Below, in pieces: positions 17,762 to 27,605 of a DNA stretch of 64,000 bases (position 1 is its first letter; each line of letters begins with the position of its first letter). The stretch covers positions 5,783 to 69,782 of the forward strand of contig CAZRSB010000003.1 in NCBI GenBank assembly GCA_964602715.1, read 5' to 3'. The stretch is from an uncultured Thermoplasmata archaeon (GTDB taxonomy: Archaea; Thermoplasmatota; Thermoplasmata; Halarchaeoplasmatales; Halarchaeoplasmataceae). The translations under genes and the position numbers were made by a program. The notes below the pieces were generated by a model. The model was not told the origin of the DNA, ran no database searches, and saw only the letters and a program-made list of their open reading frames with translations.

Positions 17762-18997
17762 CTAATCAACTCTATCTTTCAATACTTTCTTGAACTCTTC
17801 CATTATCTCTTCGTTTTCGTTCATCAACTTTACCATGTCCATGAAATCCTGCATATCATCTAACACTTCTGGCTTTTCTTTTGCAAGTTGGGTAAAATCT
17901 TTGCTTACATCTTCTTTATCCTCTTCTATCTCTTGAGCGGCTTCCACACTTAGCGCTTGTCCACATCGCTGACAAAATTTAGCCTCGGGGGAGTTCTTTT
18001 CTTCACATCTAGGACAGTCTATAGGTGATAATTCGGCGTTGTCATCCTCTTCTTCCTCCTTTATCCCATGAATCTTGTCATATGCGTCATCTATATCTCT
18101 TCCGCTGAGATGCACATATTTAGAAGGTTGATCACTACCTTGGACCCATCCAAACCATTCACACATCATCGCCTCTGTGAATCTGGGGGCTAAAAATGTT
18201 GCTCTACTGTGTCGAAAATGATGTGGATTTACAGGCTTATTGATTTCTGCCTTTTCCGCTGTAGTGTTTAATGCCTTGAGTAAAGTTCTATATTCGGCTT
18301 TCTTTCCGTTATTTTTTGTACCAATATTGACCCATAACGGAGCACTATCCTCATCCCTTTTTGGATGTGAATTTAACCACTCTCTCACATCTGGAATACT
18401 GCTTACTAACGGGAGCCTTCTCGGGCCTGTCTTTCCGTTTATCACAATTTTCAGTCCGTGTTCACGATCCTCAAAATCCCCAATGGTCAGATCAATAATC
18501 TCACCGATTCTAGCGCCTGTTTCCCAGAGAAGGCTGATTAAACACCGATCTCTCGGGTTGCTAGCGTGATTTATCAACTTACTCACATCATCTTCAGTCA
18601 GCATTTTTTTCGGTAACTTACCGTTATTCTTTTTCTCTGTAGTATTGATCCAATCTACTTTATCTGGATATACCCCATCATTCAACCACTTATAGACTAC
18701 TTTTAGAACTATCTTATACTGTCTTTTAGTGGCATCAGCAATATCTCTAGAGTTTACCCAGGCTACAATCTCTTCTATTTGTTCTCTTTCAGCGCCTTTC
18801 AAGTCAAAATCGACATGTTCTAAGATTTTTTTCAAATGTGAGAGAAGTTTTTGTAAGTGAGCATCTGAATAGTCCTGTAGCATAAGATGCCTATGATATT
18901 CTTCTAAGAGTCCTTTGTTTCCTTCAGTTACTTCGTCATTCTCTTTTACCTTTTCGAGGATTTGCTCATGCCGCCCCTCATAGTCTAGGAGAGTCAT
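17762..18997 (-). CDS. int: tyrosine recombinase/integrase with C-terminal zinc ribbon
   Basis: SAM-like N-domain. Catalytic residues in TGARIGEI, HHFRHSRAT and the downstream Y region. C-terminal CPRCEEKNSPEAKFCQRCG. Confidence 0.8.
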   Translation of the reverse strand: MTLLDYEGRHEQILEKVKENDEVTEGNKGLLEEYHRHLMLQDYSDAHLQKLLSHLKKILEHVDFDLKGAEREQIEEIVAWVNSRDIADATKRQYKIVLKVVYKWLNDGVYPDKVDWINTTEKKNNGKLPKKMLTEDDVSKLINHASNPRDRCLISLLWETGARIGEIIDLTIGDFEDREHGLKIVINGKTGPRRLPLVSSIPDVREWLNSHPKRDEDSAPLWVNIGTKNNGKKAEYRTLLKALNTTAEKAEINKPVNPHHFRHSRATFLAPRFTEAMMCEWFGWVQGSDQPSKYVHLSGRDIDDAYDKIHGIKEEEEDDNAELSPIDCPRCEEKNSPEAKFCQRCGQALSVEAAQEIEEDKEDVSKDFTQLAKEKPEVLDDMQDFMDMVKLMNENEEIMEEFKKVLKDRVD

Positions 18998-19049
18998 ACT
19001 AATAACAATATACCTATTCTATAAAAGTGTTTTGAACTGTAAAGTAAAT

Positions 19050-19175
19050 GGACGCTGGGTCCACTAACAAATCTATGATTTTTAGTGGGCATAGAGAATG
19101 CTCTAACATTCTCTTGGGTCCACTAATCTCTGATTAGTGGTAAATCAGAATCTTTGATTCTGACGGGTCCATTAT
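19050..19175. repeat. cluster of direct and inverted repeats (GGGTCCACTAA x2, GGGTCCA x1, TTAGTGG x2, palindromes AGAATG-N6-CATTCT and TCAGAATC-N3-GATTCTGA): candidate att/ori
   Basis: Read directly. Starts 53 bp from the integrase start codon. Confidence 0.5.
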
Positions 19176-19548
19176 CATTACACGTCATATTAGTCCAAAT
19201 AAAATCCTTTATCAATAATCATACAAGCATATGTTAAATTCAGCATTCTAGAATAATATTCATTCTACTCAAAATTTTTGTCTGACTAGTAAAGATTACA
19301 TGTAATAGTAATAATCTGGATCTATTTCCACATTTTTTGCTTTAGACTCGGCTAAGATACCTTCTACTGAATAAGGCATTCTTATAGTGACGGTTCCTTT
19401 TTGCAAGAATGAGAAGAGTTCCAGTCAAGTTTTTTAAATGACATGATTTCTTTACAAATATATCTAATAGTGGAGGGATTTTTGCACACATTTAGAGTGA
19501 AAAATACTTTATTTCTTAAAATTATTAGTGAAATAGGGTGGTAATGCG

Positions 19549-20061
19549 ATGAAAGAAAAATCAAGATTGGGAAAGGAAAAAAAATCTAAACCTAAAAGAG
19601 GAAAAGATAGAAAAGATAAGGCGGATCATATGAAGAAGAAAGCTAAATATGACAAAAAAATTGCAAAACAGGAAAAGAAAATAGGCAAATATGAGGGTAA
19701 AATAGAAAAATATCGAAATAAAATAGAAGATTTCAAAGATAAAATAAATAAAGCAAAGGCAAAACAAAGAGAAGCACAGCAGCTTTCAGGGAGAGCACAC
19801 AAGAAAACCCAATCGAAAAAAGAGAGAGGTGACAGGGAAAATAAGGCTAAACATATGAAAGAGAAGGCAAAATATGATAAGACTATCGCAAAGCAGGAAA
19901 AGAAAATCGGTAAATATGAAGAGAAAATAAGTAAGTATAAAAATAAGATTAAAAAATATAAAAAGAAAAAGAAAGATGCTTTGGGAAAAAAGAAGGAACT
20001 GAAAAAAAAATCTAATGAAGAAAAGAAATCTATAAGAAAAGACTCTAATAAAGAAAAGTAA
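19549..20061 (+). CDS. Lys-rich protein with a ~75-aa internal duplication
   Basis: Repeats of HMKKKAKYDKKIAKQEKKIGKYEGKIEKYRNKI. GGTGG RBS. Confidence 0.5.
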   Translation: MKEKSRLGKEKKSKPKRGKDRKDKADHMKKKAKYDKKIAKQEKKIGKYEGKIEKYRNKIEDFKDKINKAKAKQREAQQLSGRAHKKTQSKKERGDRENKAKHMKEKAKYDKTIAKQEKKIGKYEEKISKYKNKIKKYKKKKKDALGKKKELKKKSNEEKKSIRKDSNKEK

Positions 20062-20407
20062 TAATTTTTTGAGAGAAAATCATTCTGTTCATTTTGATAA
20101 TAAATATGCTTGATTCAAAACGATCTATTCGCAGTAGTAAAAGATTAATAGGTGGAGAATAGATATGAAAAGTAAAAAGGGTTCAGAAACATAGAATTGA
20201 TACCTAATAGACATCATGAATCCTAAATAGGAAGATATCTCAGGAATTATGATTTAAACCAATAATTTGCTTGATGATCTGTACTGGTAATGACAATCAA
20301 AAAGTAAATGAATACGGATCTTATTGCATTTTATACGGCTTAGATATATGGGTGACTAAAACTCTCCCTCCCTTGATACTTCCTTTACTAATGAAATAAG
20401 GTTAGAT

Positions 20408-21280
20408 ATGATGGATAAATACTTACAAGCGATCAATATCACAAATAAAAAAAAGGGATTCGAATTAAAGGATGTATCATTAACTTTAAAGGAGGGGGAG
20501 ATAACCCTAATTGGAGGAAAAAACGGGTCGGGTAAAACAACATTATTGGAAACTCTTTGTTTGGTTCAAGAGCCTACCGAGGGGAGAATCGAATGCTTAG
20601 GAAAAAGGGTTTATGATGGAACTATCAACAGAAAAATTTTAAAAAATATTCAGCCAGACTTGGGTGCTCAATTTCAAAATGTCCAATTATTCAAAAATCT
20701 AACAGTAAAGGAAACATTAAATTTGTATTCAATACACCAAACATCAAGCAAGTTGGCTGAACTCATTTCTGAATGTGAGCCCATTCAGAACTATCTTGAC
20801 AAACGAATAGGACAACTTTCTTCAGGTAAAAAACAGCTTACAAAATTTTTATTGAGCATTATTAATGAACCAAAAATAGTTTTTTTAGATGAACCTGGAT
20901 CTAATTTAGACGATATCACAAAAAGATGGATATACAATAAAATCAAAAAGATGAAAAAACAAAAAGTATCATTCATAATTACCCTAAATGAGGAATGGCC
21001 CATTATCGATATCTCTGATAAACTGATTATCTTAAATGACGGAGATATAAAAAAAGAGATAAAGAACTTCAATTTGATTGGAAATGGAACGGTGATTATA
21101 ATAAATTCAGAAGAACTAACATCAGAATTGAAGGAAAAAAGTTGGATTCATAGGATAGAAAAAGTCGAAGAAGGTTTAAAAATATTTACGAATCTAAAAA
21201 AGAAAAGTGTCTTAAAAAAAATAAATTCTCTTGAATCCATTGAAGAGCTCAGGAGGATCAAACTAAATGATTTTTATTGA
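20408..21280 (+). CDS. ABC transporter ATP-binding protein
   Basis: Walker A GGKNGSGKTT, signature LSSGKKQ, Walker B VFLDEPGSNLD. Confidence 0.8.
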   Translation: MMDKYLQAINITNKKKGFELKDVSLTLKEGEITLIGGKNGSGKTTLLETLCLVQEPTEGRIECLGKRVYDGTINRKILKNIQPDLGAQFQNVQLFKNLTVKETLNLYSIHQTSSKLAELISECEPIQNYLDKRIGQLSSGKKQLTKFLLSIINEPKIVFLDEPGSNLDDITKRWIYNKIKKMKKQKVSFIITLNEEWPIIDISDKLIILNDGDIKKEIKNFNLIGNGTVIIINSEELTSELKEKSWIHRIEKVEEGLKIFTNLKKKSVLKKINSLESIEELRRIKLNDFY

Positions 21281-21283
21281 AGG

Positions 21284-22414
21284 GTGAACAGATTGAAAGA
21301 AAATCTAAAACAGATGAAAAAATTTATCGGAGCTCAATTTAAGCGGAGGTTTAGGAACAAGAAATTTCTCATTTGGATCATCATAATGCCACTAATTCTG
21401 ATGTGTTTTTTGAATTCTATAGGAGGTGGTGAAAATATTAGCGCAAGTGTAGCTGTTGTAGACGAAGATAATACATTACGGTCAAACCTTGCAGTAGCTA
21501 CCTTGGAAAATGAAGAAAGATTAAAAATTGAAGAAATCGATTCTCTAGAAAATGGAAAACAAATGATAAAAAGAGGAGATATAGAAGGCTTAGTACGGAT
21601 TCCAAAAGGATTTTCTGAACACTTAAAAGAAATTCAACAAGGAAACCATTCTGATCAATTAGCATTAGATGTTTACTATCCTGAAGGTGAAGATGAGGAT
21701 ATTTATGGATTGATATTAGATGGTATATCCTCAAAGATAAATGAATATTTCATTGAAGAAAAAATTGAAAGACCTGTTATATTACAGCACGAATCTATAG
21801 ATGTTAGGGAATGGGGGTTTTCAGACCTTCTGTTTCCAGCAGGCATGATACTTGTAATCCTTCATTTAGGATTATTCGCCTCTAGCAATACTGCCTCATC
21901 TCTTACTGAAAACAATACTTACAAGTCTTTGAAAATGCTTCCTGTAACTCAGAATTATCCTGTTTTCGGTATGATCATAACAGATTCATTATTCACTACC
22001 CTCGGAGTACTGATCGCGTTATTCTCAGGAATAATTCTATTTGGGACCTCGATATCTTTCATTAGTTTTATTGGCATTTTAATTATAATTTTAATCTCTT
22101 CTTTAATGCTGTCTTTTTTGGGTTGTTCTGTAGGTTATATATCATCAAATCAAATATCCGCCCAAGGAATCTCTTTCATTTTTGTGTTCCCTTTTATCTT
22201 TTTTTCATACAGCTATCTTTTTTCCAATCTTTTTCCAGATTACTTTTCGCAGATCTCTAAATTTTTACCTACTTACCCAATAGTGAATCAATTTGAAACC
22301 ATATTATTTCATGAAATCTCCCTATACAATTTCGTTGTTAAACTAAGCCTGCTTTTTATCTGGCTTATTGTTATCATGACTGCTTTTATGATTATACTAA
22401 AGAAAGTCAAATGA
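21284..22414 (+). CDS. ABC-2 family transporter permease
   Basis: N-terminal TM, large extracytoplasmic loop, then 5 C-terminal TM segments. Directly follows the ATPase gene. GTG start. Confidence 0.7.
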   Translation: MNRLKENLKQMKKFIGAQFKRRFRNKKFLIWIIIMPLILMCFLNSIGGGENISASVAVVDEDNTLRSNLAVATLENEERLKIEEIDSLENGKQMIKRGDIEGLVRIPKGFSEHLKEIQQGNHSDQLALDVYYPEGEDEDIYGLILDGISSKINEYFIEEKIERPVILQHESIDVREWGFSDLLFPAGMILVILHLGLFASSNTASSLTENNTYKSLKMLPVTQNYPVFGMIITDSLFTTLGVLIALFSGIILFGTSISFISFIGILIIILISSLMLSFLGCSVGYISSNQISAQGISFIFVFPFIFFSYSYLFSNLFPDYFSQISKFLPTYPIVNQFETILFHEISLYNFVVKLSLLFIWLIVIMTAFMIILKKVK

Positions 22415-22449
22415 AAAAGGTGTAATATTTTTTTGAGTTGAAAAAAGAA

Positions 22450-22525
22450 TGGTGCGGGTTCGGGGATTTGAACCCCGGTTATAGCCTTGGCAAGGCTAGG
22501 TGATACCAAACTACACCAAACCCGC
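22450..22525 (-). tRNA. tRNA-Gly(GCC): tRNA-Gly (anticodon GCC), CCA encoded
   Basis: Reverse complement folds as GCGGGTT/AACCCGC acceptor, anticodon loop TTGCCAA, T-arm CGGGG-TTCAAAT-CCCCG. 76 nt. Confidence 0.85.
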
Positions 22526-22640
22526 ATTTTAATTTCCGGGAATTCAGTTAGATATTTTTAGGTTATAAAGATTTTGCCTCCGACCGGTTATTATCCCAAA
22601 ATATATTGATTTTCAACACTTTATTATGACCTTAGATACT

Positions 22641-25565
22641 TCAAATCCCATCTAATTTAAGAATTAGTATCACGTACAATGGATTATCTTCATAATCTTT
22701 AACTATATGAAGGTCCGCCTTCCCACTCAATTCTTCACCATCCCCCGTTAAACAATCGATATCTATTTCTGTTTCTTCTATTTTTCCCGTAAAAAGTTTT
22801 TCAAGAGTATCTTTAACTTTATTTTCATATCCTTCCGATAAAAATTTATTATAAGAGTCATCAGTAAGCTGTCCTTCTGGCATCTCTAAAATTTCATAGA
22901 GACGGTCATTTGCTTCTCTTATTTTATGATCCCTATCTATCAAGATTATTGGATCCTCATAATTTTCAAATAAAACCCTAAATGATTCCTGACTTTCTCT
23001 CAATGCACCAAAGGTTTTTCTAAAGTCTGTTACGTCTGTTAAAGACACTATACATTTCTTAGTTTCTGGTATTAAAGATATTTCTACTAGGCAGTATCGG
23101 ATATCTCCAAATCGATTGATGGCTCTAAACGAATATCTATTAGGGGCTTCCCCACCTTCTCTTCTTAACTTGTGATACTTCTTCATCTTTTTTTTATCCT
23201 CTTCATAAATGAACTTTGACCAATCCATCTTTCCTTCGATCTCATCTTTTGAATAACCCACTATTTTTTCGAATTCTTCATTCACTAAAGAAATAGTTTT
23301 GTCCTCTTCGATAATCAACATAGCTGTACCTGTACTCTCAAATATTGTTCTGTATTTTTTCTCAGATTCTTTGAGTTTTTTCTGAGTGCGTTTGAGTTCC
23401 GTGATATCAACCAAAGAAAGTATAACGTGAGAAAATTTTTCTTCTGTTTCTCCTGAAGTAGTCCCTTTGCAGTAAAAATTTCTTTTCTCTCCACTCAGAG
23501 TATAATTTACCATATCACTAGTTTCAAATGTGTCAACACCCTCTGAGATCGCTACTAGTTCCTGTCTGAGACCTTCAAGACTTCTTTCTTTGAATATCTC
23601 TCCAAAATTATCTATTAGTTCTTTTTTATTCTCAGCTTCGAAAAGTTCTATAGATCTCTCATTTACATCTTTTACTCTCAAAAGTTCAACGCACTCTTCT
23701 ACAACAGAGTGTTTATCCTCTAAATATGCTTCCATATCATCAATATCTTTGTCTTTTTTTATCTTCTCTAAATATGCTTTAACCTCTGAAAAATCTTCTT
23801 CCCATATAGGTATAGGAGCCTTATCAAATAATTTTCTGTATCTTCTTTCATTTCTTTTCAGTTTTTCGAGTAATTCCACCCTTTCATGAGCCTCTCTTAC
23901 ATGTAAAAAAAGAAGTTTAAGGATGTTAAGATCTTCTTCACTAAAGTAATCTTCCATCTTTGACATGGCTTGGAACACACCAATATCCCCTATTGGAACT
24001 GTTATACCTGATCTATATCCTTCAATCCTCGGTTCTATATGTTCAGATTTACCAAAATTTAGGGTTATATCAGGTTTTTTTGTTTCCCAGACTTTGCCAA
24101 GTACACCATCATCTTTATCTCTTTTCATTAGATCTTGATCGAAATCTTCTAAATTTTCTCTGATATCGGAGGAAGCTGCTTTAAGGACTAATTTATCATC
24201 TTCTTCTACAAAAATACCTCCCATATTTATGTTCAAGATATCTTCAGCTACCTGTACGGCTGTATTATATATTGTTTCCATCTGCGTTTGTTTCTCGATC
24301 TTAGTCGTGGCTTCAAGTACACCTTCTATCTTATTCAGACTATCTTTCAATCTGTTTTCTGCTAACTTTCTATCTGTTATATCTAATGTTACCTCTACGA
24401 TACCAGTTACATCTCCTTTTTCATCTATTCTAGGAGTTGCTCTTATCAACCAGTATTTTCCATCTACCTCTTGGATCCCCTCTTGCTGACAACCTTTATC
24501 TATGGCCCTTTTTACTGGACAATCTACACATACCTCATCTCTATCTCTGATAATATTGTAGCATTTCTTACCTTTTAAATCCTCTTTTGAGATCGCACAA
24601 TATCTTTTTACTTCTTCATTAGTCCATATAATATTCAGATCTTTATCCAAATATGTTATACATTCTTTTGCCGTATCGAGTATGAGTGACTTTTCTTCCT
24701 TATTTTCAATACGTTCTACTGCTTCTTTGATATGTGATGCTAATATCTTAGCCATCTCAAGATCAAATTCATCGTAATGGTTCACCTCACGTGAAACTGT
24801 ACTGAAAATACCGAAATCCCCAACAGGGACTAGAACACCCGATTTCAATTCTTTTTGAGTCATGCCAGTATCCTGTCGTTTCGTAACGTCCTTAACCAAA
24901 AATGATTCTTTATTTTTAAAACAACGCCCTTTTAAACCGATTTCAGTTGAAACACGCTGCCCAACAGTAAATGAGCTATGACCTACAGTACATTTTACCT
25001 CTAACGCCTCACCGTCATAGATGAAAATAACACTAGTATAAAAACCAAGTATATCTCTTGCCGATTTTAAGGCTTGCTTATAAACATCTTGTTTAGTTTG
25101 GCATCTTCCCAATTTAGCACTAGCCTTGTAAAGTGCTTTTATCTTGGTCTCTCTTTCTTCTAACTTCATTCGACTATTGACTTTTTCAGTGATATCTGTG
25201 ATAACACCTTCAACCCGTTCAATTTCTCCATCATCTCTTCTTATTCCACATCCTTGTTCCCACACCCATCTCTCTTCATTTTCTTTTGTTATTATTTTAT
25301 AAGTGATTTGAAATTGTTCATCATCTTCAACAGATCTCTTTATTTCATCCCATACTTCTCCTCTAAAATCTGAATGGATTATGTCTGACCATGATAACTC
25401 CTGGTTGTCTATAAAATCCTCTGGTTTGTAACCTGTGATCTCTTCACAATTTTTGCTCAAAAATTTCATAGTCCAATCTCTATCAAACTTACATCTATAA
25501 ACTATCCCTGGAATATTTTCCAATAAAGATACCAGTCTCTCTTCCTTTTCCCTTATAACATCCAT
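22641..25565 (-). CDS. multi-PAS/GAF domain sensor protein
   Basis: 974 aa with several PAS-like and GAF-like blocks. No clear histidine kinase H-box seen. Confidence 0.7.
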   Translation of the reverse strand: MDVIREKEERLVSLLENIPGIVYRCKFDRDWTMKFLSKNCEEITGYKPEDFIDNQELSWSDIIHSDFRGEVWDEIKRSVEDDEQFQITYKIITKENEERWVWEQGCGIRRDDGEIERVEGVITDITEKVNSRMKLEERETKIKALYKASAKLGRCQTKQDVYKQALKSARDILGFYTSVIFIYDGEALEVKCTVGHSSFTVGQRVSTEIGLKGRCFKNKESFLVKDVTKRQDTGMTQKELKSGVLVPVGDFGIFSTVSREVNHYDEFDLEMAKILASHIKEAVERIENKEEKSLILDTAKECITYLDKDLNIIWTNEEVKRYCAISKEDLKGKKCYNIIRDRDEVCVDCPVKRAIDKGCQQEGIQEVDGKYWLIRATPRIDEKGDVTGIVEVTLDITDRKLAENRLKDSLNKIEGVLEATTKIEKQTQMETIYNTAVQVAEDILNINMGGIFVEEDDKLVLKAASSDIRENLEDFDQDLMKRDKDDGVLGKVWETKKPDITLNFGKSEHIEPRIEGYRSGITVPIGDIGVFQAMSKMEDYFSEEDLNILKLLFLHVREAHERVELLEKLKRNERRYRKLFDKAPIPIWEEDFSEVKAYLEKIKKDKDIDDMEAYLEDKHSVVEECVELLRVKDVNERSIELFEAENKKELIDNFGEIFKERSLEGLRQELVAISEGVDTFETSDMVNYTLSGEKRNFYCKGTTSGETEEKFSHVILSLVDITELKRTQKKLKESEKKYRTIFESTGTAMLIIEEDKTISLVNEEFEKIVGYSKDEIEGKMDWSKFIYEEDKKKMKKYHKLRREGGEAPNRYSFRAINRFGDIRYCLVEISLIPETKKCIVSLTDVTDFRKTFGALRESQESFRVLFENYEDPIILIDRDHKIREANDRLYEILEMPEGQLTDDSYNKFLSEGYENKVKDTLEKLFTGKIEETEIDIDCLTGDGEELSGKADLHIVKDYEDNPLYVILILKLDGI

Positions 25566-25759
25566 CTATATCCCCTTCTCACGGATGAGAGCTATTATTT
25601 TATTTTTCATACATATTGAATTATTTGATATGACTTTAAGTATGGAAAGATGATATTTGTGAGATAAATAGTTTCCCCCATCAAATTAAAGATATACGAT
25701 TTTGCAACCAGTAAGAGTGAAGGGAATATATTTTAATTACTTCCTTTATTTTGAATTGA

Positions 25760-26650
25760 ATGACAAAACTAAAATTTTTAAAAAGCTCTAACCCAGAGGT
25801 TATAGCACACTATTCGATTCCCTTTGCGATAATTGCAGCGTCTTTTGCCGCTATTTTTATCCGCTTTTCTAATGCTCATCCACTATCTATCGCATTTTAT
25901 AGGATGTTATTTTCCAGTTTGATTTTATTGGGATTCATTCCAAATCATACCAAGGAAATCAGATCTCTGAAAAAACAAGATTGGTTGATCTTGATTTCAA
26001 CAGGATTATTTTTAGCAATTCATTTCGCTGCTTGGATATCTTCCCTAGAATTTACTACAGTTGCATCATCTGTGATATTGGTATCCTCTCATCCTTTAGT
26101 GGTATCTTGGATAGGAGGCTGGTATTTAAAGGAAAAAAGTCCTACCAAGTTTTATTTTGGGGTGATGATCGCTCTAACAGGAGTCAGTCTTATGGTAATT
26201 TCAGATTATCAAGTTAGCGAATGGGCTTTAGCAGGAGATATTTTAGCAATAGTAGGAATGCTAGGGATGGCAGGATACATACTTAGAGGAAGAAAAATTC
26301 GACCTACCATGTCTTTAGTTCCATATGCGTTTTTAGTTTATCTCTTTAGCACGATATTTTTGGGTCTGTTTTCACTGGGCTTTTCTAATAGTTTTCAAAT
26401 ATATCCTACAAGAGAATATATATTATTTTTAAGTTTAGCAGTGATCCCAACGATGTTTGGGCATACAGTCTATAACTGGGCATTGAAATATGTCAAGGCA
26501 AGGCTTGTATCTATCAGTCTTTTTGGTGAACCAATTGGATCCTCCATACTTGCATTTTTTATTTTGAACGAGATCCCTCCGAGGCTATCTATTTTGGGTG
26601 GTATAATCACATTGTTCGGTGTATACTATTGCATCAGAAAAAAAGATTAA
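25760..26650 (+). CDS. EamA/DMT-family transporter
   Basis: About 10 TM helices in two 5-TM halves. Confidence 0.75.
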   Translation: MTKLKFLKSSNPEVIAHYSIPFAIIAASFAAIFIRFSNAHPLSIAFYRMLFSSLILLGFIPNHTKEIRSLKKQDWLILISTGLFLAIHFAAWISSLEFTTVASSVILVSSHPLVVSWIGGWYLKEKSPTKFYFGVMIALTGVSLMVISDYQVSEWALAGDILAIVGMLGMAGYILRGRKIRPTMSLVPYAFLVYLFSTIFLGLFSLGFSNSFQIYPTREYILFLSLAVIPTMFGHTVYNWALKYVKARLVSISLFGEPIGSSILAFFILNEIPPRLSILGGIITLFGVYYCIRKKD

Positions 26651-26652
26651 AT

Positions 26653-26963
26653 ACTAGGTCACCGAGGTTGGTGCTCAGCTCACCACTGAGGACCCCAAAT
26701 CCATCCTCGACCTCGCTACCCCACGAGCATCGGTAGTCCAGGTATCGGCTGCTCCCTTCCGGGCCTGGCCTGGTAAACCTGGCTAAGACAAAGGAGAACA
26801 ACCCTCCGGTTGTTCTCCAAAGCACCTCCGATCCCGTGGGACGAAGTCTCATCGTCTGGATCTGGCTCAGCGGTGGGCTGATTACACCGTCCCCGGTGGT
26901 CACCCCCGCGTATCGGCGATTTCGGTGTATAAGGGCACGCCGACCGCCCCGGTTAGACCTAGC
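26653..26963 (-). ncRNA. signal recognition particle RNA (7S RNA)
   Basis: Minus strand carries CCAGGCCAGGCCCGGAAGGGAGCAGCC, matching the conserved SRP RNA helix 8 / domain IV motif. Terminal helix CTAGGTC...GACCTAG. About 310 nt and GC-rich in an AT-rich genome. Confidence 0.75.
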
Positions 26964-26985
26964 AAAAGTTAGTTAGACCAACCTC

Positions 26986-26995
26986 ATATATAAAT
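26986..26995 (-). promoter_or_regulatory. TATA box (TTTATATAT on minus strand) about 25-30 nt upstream of the SRP RNA 5' end
   Basis: AT-rich TATA-like octamer at the expected distance from the predicted 5' end at 26963. Confidence 0.4.
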
Positions 26996-27119
26996 TCAAT
27001 GATTAGGGTCTTCGTTTCCATATCTAAAACAGAAGCAAATGAGAAAATAGAACTTTTGTTAATATAGTGATCACGTGGGTAAGTTATTAATAGGGGAGGA
27101 TATTATGAACTGAACCACT

Positions 27120-27398
27120 ATGAAGAAACCACGCAAGATTAAGGATTACTGTCCATCATGTGATACCCATACTGAAATGGAAGTTAGCAGAGGAAAAAAT
27201 AGACCAGGAAGTGAGCTCAGAAAAGGTCAGAGAAGATTTAAAAGGGTGACCTCGGGCTACGGTGGATTTCCTTGGTCTAAACCTTCTGGAGCCGGTAAAC
27301 CAGTCAAAAGAGTATACTTGAAATACACTTGTACTGATTGCGGTAAAACATGGCAGAAGAAGTGCAAAAGGGCCGGAAGATTTGAATTTGAGGAATAA
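27120..27398 (+). CDS. rpl44e: 50S ribosomal protein L44e
   Basis: 92 aa. CPSCDTH...CTDCGK zinc ribbon. C-terminal KCKRAGRFEFEE is typical of L44e. Confidence 0.9.
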   Translation: MKKPRKIKDYCPSCDTHTEMEVSRGKNRPGSELRKGQRRFKRVTSGYGGFPWSKPSGAGKPVKRVYLKYTCTDCGKTWQKKCKRAGRFEFEE

Positions 27399-27413
27399 TG
27401 GAGTGTTGAAAAC

Positions 27414-27605
27414 ATGGATCAAGAGAAAAAATTCGTAAAAATAAAATGCTCCGACTGTGAAAATGAGCAGATAACTTTCAAAAACGTCTCGTCTGAAGTC
27501 GAATGTTTAGTCTGTGGAGCATTTCTAGCCAGACCAACAGGAGGATTCTCTGATTTTGACGGAGAGATTATAGAAGAAATCGGAGCATCCGATGAGGTTG
27601 AATGA
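27414..27605 (+). CDS. rps27e: 30S ribosomal protein S27e
   Basis: FVKIKCSDCENEQITF...CLVCGAFLARPTGG. Conserved position after L44e. Confidence 0.9.
   Translation: MDQEKKFVKIKCSDCENEQITFKNVSSEVECLVCGAFLARPTGGFSDFDGEIIEEIGASDEVE

Larger units (their letters stand above)
12100..19200. mobile_element. putative integrated plasmid/provirus-like element (Rep primase-NTPase, RHH, wHTH protein, tyrosine integrase, flanking repeat-rich sites)
   Basis: Gene content plus a palindrome cluster at 12491-12523 and an inverted/direct repeat cluster at 19050-19175 next to the integrase. Boundaries are approximate; no exact direct repeats were identified by eye. Confidence 0.5.

Noticed and set aside
17762-18997. 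Integrase considered as the chromosomal XerA dimer-resolution recombinase
   Set aside because: It is larger than typical XerA (411 aa, with an added zinc ribbon) and is embedded next to a Rep-like gene and repeat-rich sites. An element integrase is more likely, though XerA cannot be excluded without comparison.
12100-22449. Search for an exact direct repeat of the tRNA-Gly 3' end to delimit an island
   Set aside because: No copy of the tRNA 3' segment (ggatttgaacc / gcgggttcgggg) was found by eye elsewhere in the region. Island limits therefore remain unproven.
22309-22527. 72-aa ORF on minus strand
   Set aside because: Overlaps the tRNA-Gly gene and its flank, so it is an artefact.
26634-26903. 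89-aa ORF on minus strand
   Set aside because: Lies entirely within the GC-rich SRP RNA gene.
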